NCBI GenBank assembly: GCA_025999215.1
Contig: AP024679.1
Span: 101,645 to 165,644, forward strand
Length of the DNA: 64,000 nt
DNA from: Candidatus Dojkabacteria bacterium
GTDB taxonomy: Bacteria; Patescibacteriota; Dojkabacteria; J137
Direction: 5' to 3'
Shown: positions 31,202 to 39,832 of the stretch, piece after piece
Position numbering within the stretch: the stretch's first letter is position 1
Layout: the number at the start of each line of letters is the position of its first letter
The notes under the pieces: model-generated
Told to the model about the DNA's origin: nothing
Seen by the model: the letters and a program-made list of their open reading frames with translations, nothing else
The model's database searches: none
Program-made: the position numbers and the translations under genes

Positions 31202-31682
31202 GTGTAACCTACAACACCCTCAAATTAGGTTTAATATACCTGAGAGGAAGAAGGAAGACAAAAGTATATATGAAATAATATATTAAAAGAAAAAAAATAC
31301 AAATGAAAAATTTAAGGAACAATTTCTTGAATTTGTACAAACGACTCTGGAGCAATTACTTGATATTAATAAAGATCAGTTCAGTGCGATGTATGATGGC
31401 ACGAATGAAGCAATTTTAATTTCTGTAAACTTCTTGTATCCCTATATCATATTGAAAAAGATATAGATTAAAAAAACAAAAAAAGGGGAGTAATTGAATA
31501 AAAAACAATTGTTAATTTAACAGATTTATACTCAATAACAAGGTAATTTGGTGTAGAATATAAAGCATGGCTTTGTATAAGTTTGATTAGTTTATGCAAG
31601 CATTGTAGGATAATGTAATATAAAAATATATTGTTTTCTCAATTTTCGTTGAAGTAAGTTGAAATTGTGTTTATAATACCTT

Positions 31683-32966
31683 ATGAAAATCTCAAACCAA
31701 CCTCCCAAGGGCTTTTATGACTGGGACAATCAAGAATTTTTAATTAGAAAGTATATTTTTGATACCTGGCGTAATGTTTGTTTGAAATTTGGATACGATG
31801 AATATCTAACACCACTACTTGAAAACAGTCAAATCTACAAAGCAAAATCAGGCGAAGATGTGGGTAGTAAAGAATTAATGGTAATTAAAGATCAAGCCAA
31901 TAGAGAGCTTTCGATACGACCAGAAATGACTCCATCTGTAACGCGTTTTGTAACCAAAATTTATAATGATTCTAATAAACCCATTAGACTTTTTTCTATA
32001 GCAAATTTCATAAGAAACGAAAAACCTCAAAAGGGCAGAAATAGAGAGTTTTGGCAATTAAATTTTGATGTATTTGGAAGTAGCAAATTTTTTGTAGATT
32101 CTGAGATAATTCAAATTGCTATTGAAATATTGAGAGCTTTTGGTGCGCCTAATAATTCTTTCAAAGTTAAAGTTAATCACAGAAAATTAATTGAAAATAT
32201 ATTGGTTGATCAAATAGGAATTGATTTTGCCAACTTAAAATTAGTAACTAGAGTTCTCGATAAAGCTCAAAAAATTGAAGAAAAAGAATTAAGAAATAGC
32301 TTAAAAAACCTAAATCTTAATTCTAAACAAATAGATTTAGTATTAAAATTTATAAATTCTGATAGTCTTTCAAAATTGAAAAAACATTTCAAAAATTTAG
32401 ATGGCTTAGATGGTTTTAAGGAACTTCAAAATATTATTTCTTTCCTTGATTCACTAGGCTATGGAAAATTTATAGAATTTTCTACAAGTGTAATCAGAGG
32501 TTTTGATTATTATGATGGAATGGTTTTTGAAGTTTTTGATAATCACCCATCTAACAACAGATCGCTTTTTGGTGGTGGCAGGTACAATGGTTTAGCCAGT
32601 ATTTTTGGTTATGAAGATATTCCTGCAGTTGGTTGTGCGCCTGGTGATGAAACTACAAGAATTTTCTTAGAAAACTGGGACCTTTTACCTAATACAAATG
32701 ATATTAAAAAAGTCTATGTACCAATTTTAGAAGGAGTGGAAGAAAACAGAGCATTTCTACTTGCTCAAGAGCTCAGAAATGAGGGTAGGGTAGCGATAGT
32801 TGGGGCAGAGGTTCAAACCATTCAAAAAGCTTTAAAATTTGCAAACAAAGCAAATTATGACTATATAGCTATATTTAGTACTCTTGAGGCAGAGAGAAAT
32901 TGTTATACTCTCAAAGACTTACAAACAGGGGAGCAAGTAGAAATAAATTTAGAAAACAAATTCTAA
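31683..32966 (+). CDS. hisS: histidyl-tRNA synthetase (class II)
   Basis: 427 aa. Motif 2 region ELSIRPEMTPSVTR and motif 3 FGGGRYNGL. The N-terminus has the typical PKGFYDW...FGYDEYLTP sequence. Confidence 0.9.
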   Translation: MKISNQPPKGFYDWDNQEFLIRKYIFDTWRNVCLKFGYDEYLTPLLENSQIYKAKSGEDVGSKELMVIKDQANRELSIRPEMTPSVTRFVTKIYNDSNKPIRLFSIANFIRNEKPQKGRNREFWQLNFDVFGSSKFFVDSEIIQIAIEILRAFGAPNNSFKVKVNHRKLIENILVDQIGIDFANLKLVTRVLDKAQKIEEKELRNSLKNLNLNSKQIDLVLKFINSDSLSKLKKHFKNLDGLDGFKELQNIISFLDSLGYGKFIEFSTSVIRGFDYYDGMVFEVFDNHPSNNRSLFGGGRYNGLASIFGYEDIPAVGCAPGDETTRIFLENWDLLPNTNDIKKVYVPILEGVEENRAFLLAQELRNEGRVAIVGAEVQTIQKALKFANKANYDYIAIFSTLEAERNCYTLKDLQTGEQVEINLENKF

Positions 32967-32968
32967 AC

Positions 32969-33331
32969 TTAGGGATTTGAAATTGCTTTTTTAATGGCAT
33001 CCAGACTAAGCATTGCGCACTTTAATCTAGATGTTGTGAGAGGAATACCAATCAAATCAAGTGTATCTTCGTAATCTAGTGCTTTAACTTCTTTTACTGT
33101 TTTACCCACAATAAATTCGGTCCACATTGAAGCAGTAGCTATCGAAATAGAGCAACCTTCTCCCACAAATTTCATCTTTTTTACAACATCATTTTCAACT
33201 TCCAAAAAAACTTCTATCTCATCACCGCATGATAAATTTTGTGATTTTGCAATGTGTGTTGCGCTATCCAACTTTCCAAAATTTCTTGGATCGTGGTAGT
33301 GGTCTAATAATATTTGCTGTTGTTCGTTCAT
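32969..33331 (-). CDS. sufU: Fe-S cluster assembly scaffold, SufU/IscU (NifU N-terminal domain)
   Basis: 120 aa: HYHDPRNFGKL...SCGDEIEVFL...GEGCSISIATASM, with three conserved Cys. Confidence 0.75.
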   Translation of the reverse strand: MNEQQQILLDHYHDPRNFGKLDSATHIAKSQNLSCGDEIEVFLEVENDVVKKMKFVGEGCSISIATASMWTEFIVGKTVKEVKALDYEDTLDLIGIPLTTSRLKCAMLSLDAIKKAISNP

Positions 33332-33948
33332 TTTATTTCATCTATTTCACCTCTTAAAAAAGGTTGTTGTTGACTTTGTTTATAGTCTTCTATCCATTTT
33401 ATCAAAATTGTTTTTAATTTTGTCTCAATACCGAATTTCTTCAAAATCTTGGAAGATATATTTCTCTTTTCCTCATAATTTTTAATTATTTCAAAAGCCT
33501 CATCTTTTGCCAACCTTTTTCCTGTTTTATCGTTAATTCTATCAATCAAATAATCAGCAAGTAAGTTCATCTCAACTTTATCATCAGTAAATATTTTTTT
33601 TAGTAGCTCTATCCATCCAATCATACCTAACCAAGCTAAAAATGAGTAAAATCCCAATGCCTTCTGAAAATTAACACTCAAAATCCCAAAAATCAGAGAA
33701 ACTACAATAGAGTAGAGTATTAAAAAGTAATTGAATGAATTAAACCTGCTTCTTCTATAGTAATCTACCGGAGGTACCTCTACATGGCTTTCTATGGGAG
33801 GTTCAAATCTAAAAATTAAATAAAAAAGCGAAAAAAAGAATGAAAAACTCAAGAAAATATTTGCTAGGGTTAAATCCAAAATCAATAGTAAAAAAAAGAC
33901 CAAGCTACTACCTACAAACAAAAACTTAAACCTAGGATACCGCTCCAT
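33328..33948 (-). CDS. hypothetical membrane protein
   Basis: 206 aa with about 4 TM helices in the N-terminal half. Its stop overlaps the sufU start in an ATGA arrangement. Confidence 0.5.
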   Translation of the reverse strand: MERYPRFKFLFVGSSLVFFLLLILDLTLANIFLSFSFFFSLFYLIFRFEPPIESHVEVPPVDYYRRSRFNSFNYFLILYSIVVSLIFGILSVNFQKALGFYSFLAWLGMIGWIELLKKIFTDDKVEMNLLADYLIDRINDKTGKRLAKDEAFEIIKNYEEKRNISSKILKKFGIETKLKTILIKWIEDYKQSQQQPFLRGEIDEIK

Positions 33949-33971
33949 GTTTAAAAATATTCTAACTACTT

Positions 33972-34940
33972 TATGTTATCACAAAGCAAATATCAAGCAA
34001 ACATTGACCAATCTTGGTCTTTCATTAAGTATTTAATTAGCTTTGAAGTAGAAAACTCTTTTTATAACTGAAGCCTGGTTTAATTTATCTAATTTTAAAT
34101 AAAATTATTGTAATTTTACGAAAATATTTAACATTCATTCTTCTATCTAAATCTAGAGATCGTATAAACCTCTTTTTATTAAATTTTAAATCTGTGCGCC
34201 TTCTGGCTTTTTCTTAAACTGGTCTTCTATTTTTCCATATTTAGATGGTTTGAGGCGTCGAATGATTCCAAGGCCATAGTTGTAAGGTAAACTCAGCACC
34301 TCTAGGTCGTCATTATGAAATCCAAATCGATTGGTTTTAAGCGCATTAAATACTTTCTTTAGTGCATATTTATCCACCATTGTGTCATGAATGCAAATAA
34401 TTCCGTTTTCTTTAAGTAGTGAAAAGCATTTTTTAATTTCATTTTGAACAAAATTAGATTCCCAAGTCTCAGATGAAAAGTAATCTAAAAAGGCAAAATC
34501 AATTCCTGTTGATTCCAAACGCTTCCAAACTGAATCTGCTTTTCCGTGAATAAATTCAGTAACTTTTTTTTCTTCGTCACTTAATAAGTATGAAAAATCA
34601 CGCATATCGCACGTAATGAATTTTCCTTTATTTAAGTGAGCTGCTTTGGCCAAAACAAAAGATGAACGACCAAATCCTATCTCCACAATATTTTTTGCAT
34701 TTAATCCTTTGACTATTGAATATAAGGTAAGGAGGTGTTTTGATGAAGAGTAACTATCATGAAACCATCTAAACAAAGTTTCATCTGGTAAAAAACCTTT
34801 ATATCCCAAATCAGACTCTAGTTCAGCCTGACAGTGCATAGTTGGACGTGTCCCCATGTTAGAGCTAATCCTGAAAATTAGAATGTAGAAAAACTTTTCT
34901 ATCTTTCCCTATGTTATCATAAAGCTAGTATCAGGCAAAT
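33972..34940 (-). promoter_or_regulatory. two copies of an about 30-nt conserved promoter-like motif upstream of the methyltransferase gene and of the membrane-protein gene
   Basis: The minus-strand motif is TTTGCyTGATAnnnGCTTTrTGATAACATA, at about 34910-34940 and 33972-34006. It reads as a -35-like TTGCyT followed by an extended -10-like TGATAACAT. The copies end 20-40 nt before the respective ATG. Confidence 0.3.
34186..34857 (-). CDS. class I SAM-dependent methyltransferase (TylF/CmcI-like fold)
   Basis: 223 aa. Motif I IVEIGFGRSS and an acidic residue after beta-2 (ITCDMRD). Confidence 0.45.
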   Translation of the reverse strand: MGTRPTMHCQAELESDLGYKGFLPDETLFRWFHDSYSSSKHLLTLYSIVKGLNAKNIVEIGFGRSSFVLAKAAHLNKGKFITCDMRDFSYLLSDEEKKVTEFIHGKADSVWKRLESTGIDFAFLDYFSSETWESNFVQNEIKKCFSLLKENGIICIHDTMVDKYALKKVFNALKTNRFGFHNDDLEVLSLPYNYGLGIIRRLKPSKYGKIEDQFKKKPEGAQI

Positions 34941-35398
34941 TGCGCAAATGCTTTGTTAGCTTCAGCCATTCTTATTACATCTTCTTTCTTCTTAATTGCG
35001 TTACCCTCATTATTGTATGCAGATATTATTTCTCGAGCCAAAACTTGCCAAAACTCCAGAGATCCTCTTGATTCTCTCGATGCCTGAACTAACCATCTTA
35101 ACGCAAGAGATATTTGTCTATGTGGCGGAACCGGTACTGGCACTTGATAGTTTGAACCACCAACTCGCCTAGAGCGCACTTCTACTTGAGGTTTTAGATT
35201 CGCAACAGCTTTTTCTAACACTTCTATTTCATCCGCTTTAGTTTTATCTTTTACCTCATCAAGTGCTTTATAAACTATAGTTCTAGCAATTGATTTTTTA
35301 CCATCTTTCATTACGTAGTTAATTAACTTAGCAACCAAAGTGCTATTGTATTTTAAGTCTGGTTCAATTTCTCTAATTTTTGCTTTTTTTCCTCTCAT
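34931..35398 (-). CDS. rpsG: 30S ribosomal protein S7
   Basis: 155 aa: MRGKKAKIREIEPDLKYNSTLVAKLINYVMKDGKKSIA... Confidence 0.9.
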   Translation of the reverse strand: MRGKKAKIREIEPDLKYNSTLVAKLINYVMKDGKKSIARTIVYKALDEVKDKTKADEIEVLEKAVANLKPQVEVRSRRVGGSNYQVPVPVPPHRQISLALRWLVQASRESRGSLEFWQVLAREIISAYNNEGNAIKKKEDVIRMAEANKAFAQFA

Positions 35399-35422
35399 TT
35401 ATTACCCTAATTTAAAATATAA

Positions 35423-35872
35423 TTATTGATTTTTTGGTTTTTTAGCACCATATTTACTTCTTCCTTGTCTCCTTGCTTCAACAGGTGCAGCATCATAAAC
35501 ACCTCTTACTATTTCGTATTTAACTCCTGGCAAGTCTGGCGTCCTTCCAGCCTTTACAAGCACCACAGAGTGCTCTTGCAAATTGTGGCCTTCTCCTGGA
35601 ATATACGCAGTAACAACTTGCTTGTTAGATAACCTTACTCTTGCTACTTTACGCAAAGCAGAGTTAGGCTTTTTAGGTGTCATTGTTTTTACAGAAATAC
35701 AAACTCCTCTTTTGAAAGGATTCGGTTTCTTAAAAAACTTATTTTTGATAGGATTGTAGTTAAAGTGAAGAGCCTTGTACTTGGTCTTTTCACTAAACTC
35801 CAAGCCTTTAAACATAACTTTTTTTCTTTTTGGTTTTCTACCTTTTCTTACAATTTGTGATATTCTTGCCAT
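35423..35872 (-). CDS. rpsL: 30S ribosomal protein S12 (with about 25-aa N-terminal insertion)
   Basis: 149 aa: [16 protein letters not shown]...[14 protein letters not shown]...PGVKY. An extra segment sits between the basic N-terminus and KRGVC. Confidence 0.9.
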   Translation of the reverse strand: MARISQIVRKGRKPKRKKVMFKGLEFSEKTKYKALHFNYNPIKNKFFKKPNPFKRGVCISVKTMTPKKPNSALRKVARVRLSNKQVVTAYIPGEGHNLQEHSVVLVKAGRTPDLPGVKYEIVRGVYDAAPVEARRQGRSKYGAKKPKNQ

Positions 35873-35890
35873 AATTTTAATTTAATAAAA

Positions 35891-38800
35891 TTAATTTTTC
35901 GATGATCCAATGGTTATTCCTTCATCATCTATTAGTCCTAGCTTTTTCTTTAGAACCTTACCTAACGGTACAGGACGACCAATTATAACATTCTCTTTTA
36001 GTCCTCTCAAGTAATCTACTTTTCCTATCAATGCTGCATCTGTCAAAACTCTTACCTGTTGTTCAAATGATGCTGCAGACAAGAAACTCTCTGTTCTAAT
36101 CGCAGAATTTGTAATTCCCAGTAACACTCTCTCATATTTAACTTTTTGTTTGTTTTGCTTTTCAAGTTCTTCATTTTCTATTTCAATATCAAGTACATCA
36201 GCAAAGTCCCCAGGTAAGAAGTTTTCACTATCTCCAGAATCGCTCACCAAACCAAATCTGGTCATTTGTCTAATCATAATCTCTAAGTGTCTGTCGTCTA
36301 CCTTAATTCCTTGAAGACCATAAACTTCTTGCAAGCCAGCAATAATATATTGTTGAGCAGATCTTAAATTTCTAAGCTCTAACAATGCTTTTGGATCTAT
36401 TGATCCTGCCGTCAAAACTTCTCCCTTGCTCACTTCTTGACCATTTTCTACAAGTATATCAGCCATCTGTTTTACTTCATACTCAAGCTCAGTAACTTTT
36501 TTAAATTTCAAAATTACTGCGCCATCTTTCACTTTTACTTCTCCTGAGTGGTCTGCTCGAACAACAGATTTATCTTTTTTTACAATCAAAGTATCACCTT
36601 TTTTAACTTTACTTTGATCTTCTACTACTATTTCATCAGTTTTAACAGTTGTATATTTTTTGGTTGAAACCTTGTTTACTTTCAATATCAATTTAATTTT
36701 TTCTCCCTCTTCTTGAATACTAACCACACCATCATCTTCAGCAAGCGCAGCTAAAGCTTTTGGTGTTCGAGCTTCAAATAATTCTTCTACCCTTGGGAAA
36801 CCTTGTGTAACGTCACTCTTACCAGCTCTAGCGTCTGATTTACTCTTAAGAGTTAGCTGTGTTGTGGGCTCTCCAAGAGCTTGAGCTGCAATTATTCCTG
36901 CTGCCTCACCTATTTCAATAATTTTTCCGGTTGCATTGTCAACACCATAACACATTACACAAACTCCATGAGGAACTTTACAAGTCATTGGGCTTCTTAC
37001 CCATACCTTATCAATCTTTTCATTCTTTTCAATTGCATCTGCAATTTCATGGCTAATAACTTCATTTTTTGCAACTAAAACTTTTCCAGATTCAGGTTCA
37101 ACTATATTCTCAAAAACAACCCTTCCTCTTAATCTTTCAGCAAAACTTTGCTCTCTGTACTCGTTTCTATCTAATTCTATACCTTCATCAGTATTACAAT
37201 CATGGTGTAGAACAATCACATCTTGAGCTACATCAACTAATCTTCTTGAAAGATAACCTGATTCAGCTGTTCTCAAACCAACATCAATAAATGATTTTCT
37301 TACACCTTTAGATGCAACAAAATATTCCAAATTATTTAAACCTTTTTCAAAGTTTCCAACTAATGGAAAGTTAATCACATTTCCTAAAATATCAGAAACA
37401 TAACCTCTAACTCCAGAGATTTGTTTTATCCATGCTTTAACTGGCACTCCGCCTGATTCTTCCAATTCAACTAAGCCCTGTGTTTTTGGTGTTTTTTGAA
37501 CTAAATTCCAAATCTCTTCGTAAATTTTTTCTGTTGTATTTGCCCATTCTTTTTGCATCAACCAATTCATCTCATTCTGTGTTATCAATCCATCGTAATA
37601 GTCTGCAAGCAATGCATCTTCCTTTTTTCTGTATTCAGAAACATATTTTTCTACTAACTCTTCATTTCCAAACAAAAAATCTTCCATCGATAATGAAAAT
37701 CCAGAATATCTTGAAAAATTAAACCCTAAATTTTTGATTTTATCTAAAACTTCTACAACAACATCATTACCATAGTCTCTGAAAATTTCTTCAATTAATT
37801 TAGCAACATATTTTTTGTTAACTGCTTCATTTACAAATCTAAACCCTTCTGGAAGAGCCTTGTTAAAAATTATTCTTCCAGGTGTTGTTACAACTAATTC
37901 TCCATTTATCAGAACCTTTATCTTTTCATTGTATTTGATTTTACCAATATTAAAATCTGCCATGGCAACTTCAGTATTTGGGTAAAATCGCTTTACTTGC
38001 GAATCATCACCGTATGCAATTGTTAAAAAGTAAGTACCCATTGCCATATCTTTTTCAACGTTGGTTATCGGTGAACCATCTCTAAGCCAGAACATGTTGT
38101 CTTTGGCAAACATTCTTTCTTTTACTTCTTCAATAGCTCTGTTTGAGATTGGAAGATGAATTGTCATTTGGTCACCGTCAAAGTCTGCATTGTAACCTTT
38201 ACAAACCATTGGGTGAAGCCTAATCGCATCTCCTTCTATGAGTACAGGGTAAAATGCAAGGATACTTTGCCTATGCAAAGTTGGTTGTCTATTCAAAAGT
38301 ACAGGATGGTTTTTGCTTACTTCCTCTAAAATATCCCAAACCTCAGTTGCTTTCTCTTCAAATAATATTTTCGCTCTTGTTGGATTTGCAGCAAAACCTC
38401 TCAAAATTAATTCTCTAATTACAAAAGGCTTAAATAACTCTAAAGCAACATTTTTAGGTAAACCGCATTGATCAAACCTAAGTTCTGGACCAGGAACAAT
38501 TACTGCTCTTCCTGAATAATCAACTCTCTTACCAAGCAAATTTTGTCTAAATCTACCTTGTTTTCCTCTAAGAGCATCCGACAAAGATTTGTAAGGCATT
38601 TGTCTTGTATTGAGAGCTGGGTTTCCTGGTTTGTGATTGTTATCAATTAAAGAATCAACAGCTTCCTGTAACATTCTTTTTTCATTTCTAAGAATAATTT
38701 CAGGAGCTCCCATTGAAATATATTTCTTAAGTCTGTTATTTCTATGAATTACTCTTCTATACAAGTCATTTAAATCATCTGTCGCAAACCTACCACCTGG

Positions 38801-39808
38801 TAACTGGATAATAGGCCTTAAATCTGGTGGAATCACTGGCAAAACTTCCAATATTAACCACTCAGGATTGGTTCCGGATTTCTTTAATCCCTTAAGTATT
38901 CTTAATCTTTGCACCAATCTCGACTTTCTTAATTGAGACTTAGTTTCTTTAAATTCTTTTTCTAGCTTCTCAACCTCATCAGCAACATTTAATTTTTGCA
39001 ACAACACTTTTATTGCTTCAGCTCCCATGCCTGCATCAAAAAATGTTAAGTCATAATCCATCAACAACGAATATTCTTCTTCAGATAGGGTCGTACCAAC
39101 ATTCATGTTTTCAATCAAGATTCTTAATTCTTCAAATTTTTTCTCAATACTATCTTGTCTTTGTTTAAAAGCAGATTTTACATGCGCTATTTCTTTTGAT
39201 TCTTTGACACTTAATCTCTCTAACAACAAATTCAATTTTTCTTTATCTTTTTGCTCTTTTTCAGCCGCTTTTCTTTCGTCTTCAAAAGCAGCTTTTACTT
39301 CATCTATCCGCTCTTGCATTTCTTGTTGCGCGCTCTCAATTTCTTCCTTTTTATAATTTTCGAGTTCGCTCAAAGCTTGATTTCTCTCTTCTTCATTTAC
39401 TTCAGTTACAACGTATCTGGCATAATAAATTACTGTTTCAAGCTTTTTCTGCGGTATATCTAAAATTAGCGCTAGCCTGTTTGGGACACCGTTTGAAAAC
39501 CAAACATGAGCTACCGGCGAAGCAAGTTTAATATGTCCCATTCTTTCTCGCCTTACTCGTTTGTGAGTTACCTCAACTCCACACCTATCACACACTATTC
39601 CTTTGTATCTAACTTTTTTATATTTTCCGCAGTAACACTCATAATCTTTGCTTGGCCCAAAGATTTCTTCAGCCATCAAACCTTGAGGTTCTGATTTAAA
39701 TGTCCTGTAATTAATTGTTTCTGCTTTTGTTACTTCACCAAAAGACCAATTTAAAATGTCCTGAGGCGAAGCTATTGTAATCTTTAGCGCATTAAAATCT
39801 TTAAGCAT
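35891..39808 (-). CDS. rpoC: DNA-directed RNA polymerase subunit beta'
   Basis: 1305 aa. NADFDGDQM catalytic motif, a zinc-binding CxxC...CxxC N-terminus and the trigger-loop region. Confidence 0.95.
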   Translation of the reverse strand: MLKDFNALKITIASPQDILNWSFGEVTKAETINYRTFKSEPQGLMAEEIFGPSKDYECYCGKYKKVRYKGIVCDRCGVEVTHKRVRRERMGHIKLASPVAHVWFSNGVPNRLALILDIPQKKLETVIYYARYVVTEVNEEERNQALSELENYKKEEIESAQQEMQERIDEVKAAFEDERKAAEKEQKDKEKLNLLLERLSVKESKEIAHVKSAFKQRQDSIEKKFEELRILIENMNVGTTLSEEEYSLLMDYDLTFFDAGMGAEAIKVLLQKLNVADEVEKLEKEFKETKSQLRKSRLVQRLRILKGLKKSGTNPEWLILEVLPVIPPDLRPIIQLPGGRFATDDLNDLYRRVIHRNNRLKKYISMGAPEIILRNEKRMLQEAVDSLIDNNHKPGNPALNTRQMPYKSLSDALRGKQGRFRQNLLGKRVDYSGRAVIVPGPELRFDQCGLPKNVALELFKPFVIRELILRGFAANPTRAKILFEEKATEVWDILEEVSKNHPVLLNRQPTLHRQSILAFYPVLIEGDAIRLHPMVCKGYNADFDGDQMTIHLPISNRAIEEVKERMFAKDNMFWLRDGSPITNVEKDMAMGTYFLTIAYGDDSQVKRFYPNTEVAMADFNIGKIKYNEKIKVLINGELVVTTPGRIIFNKALPEGFRFVNEAVNKKYVAKLIEEIFRDYGNDVVVEVLDKIKNLGFNFSRYSGFSLSMEDFLFGNEELVEKYVSEYRKKEDALLADYYDGLITQNEMNWLMQKEWANTTEKIYEEIWNLVQKTPKTQGLVELEESGGVPVKAWIKQISGVRGYVSDILGNVINFPLVGNFEKGLNNLEYFVASKGVRKSFIDVGLRTAESGYLSRRLVDVAQDVIVLHHDCNTDEGIELDRNEYREQSFAERLRGRVVFENIVEPESGKVLVAKNEVISHEIADAIEKNEKIDKVWVRSPMTCKVPHGVCVMCYGVDNATGKIIEIGEAAGIIAAQALGEPTTQLTLKSKSDARAGKSDVTQGFPRVEELFEARTPKALAALAEDDGVVSIQEEGEKIKLILKVNKVSTKKYTTVKTDEIVVEDQSKVKKGDTLIVKKDKSVVRADHSGEVKVKDGAVILKFKKVTELEYEVKQMADILVENGQEVSKGEVLTAGSIDPKALLELRNLRSAQQYIIAGLQEVYGLQGIKVDDRHLEIMIRQMTRFGLVSDSGDSENFLPGDFADVLDIEIENEELEKQNKQKVKYERVLLGITNSAIRTESFLSAASFEQQVRVLTDAALIGKVDYLRGLKENVIIGRPVPLGKVLKKKLGLIDDEGITIGSSKN

Positions 39809-39832
39809 ATTTATTAAATTAAAATATTAACT

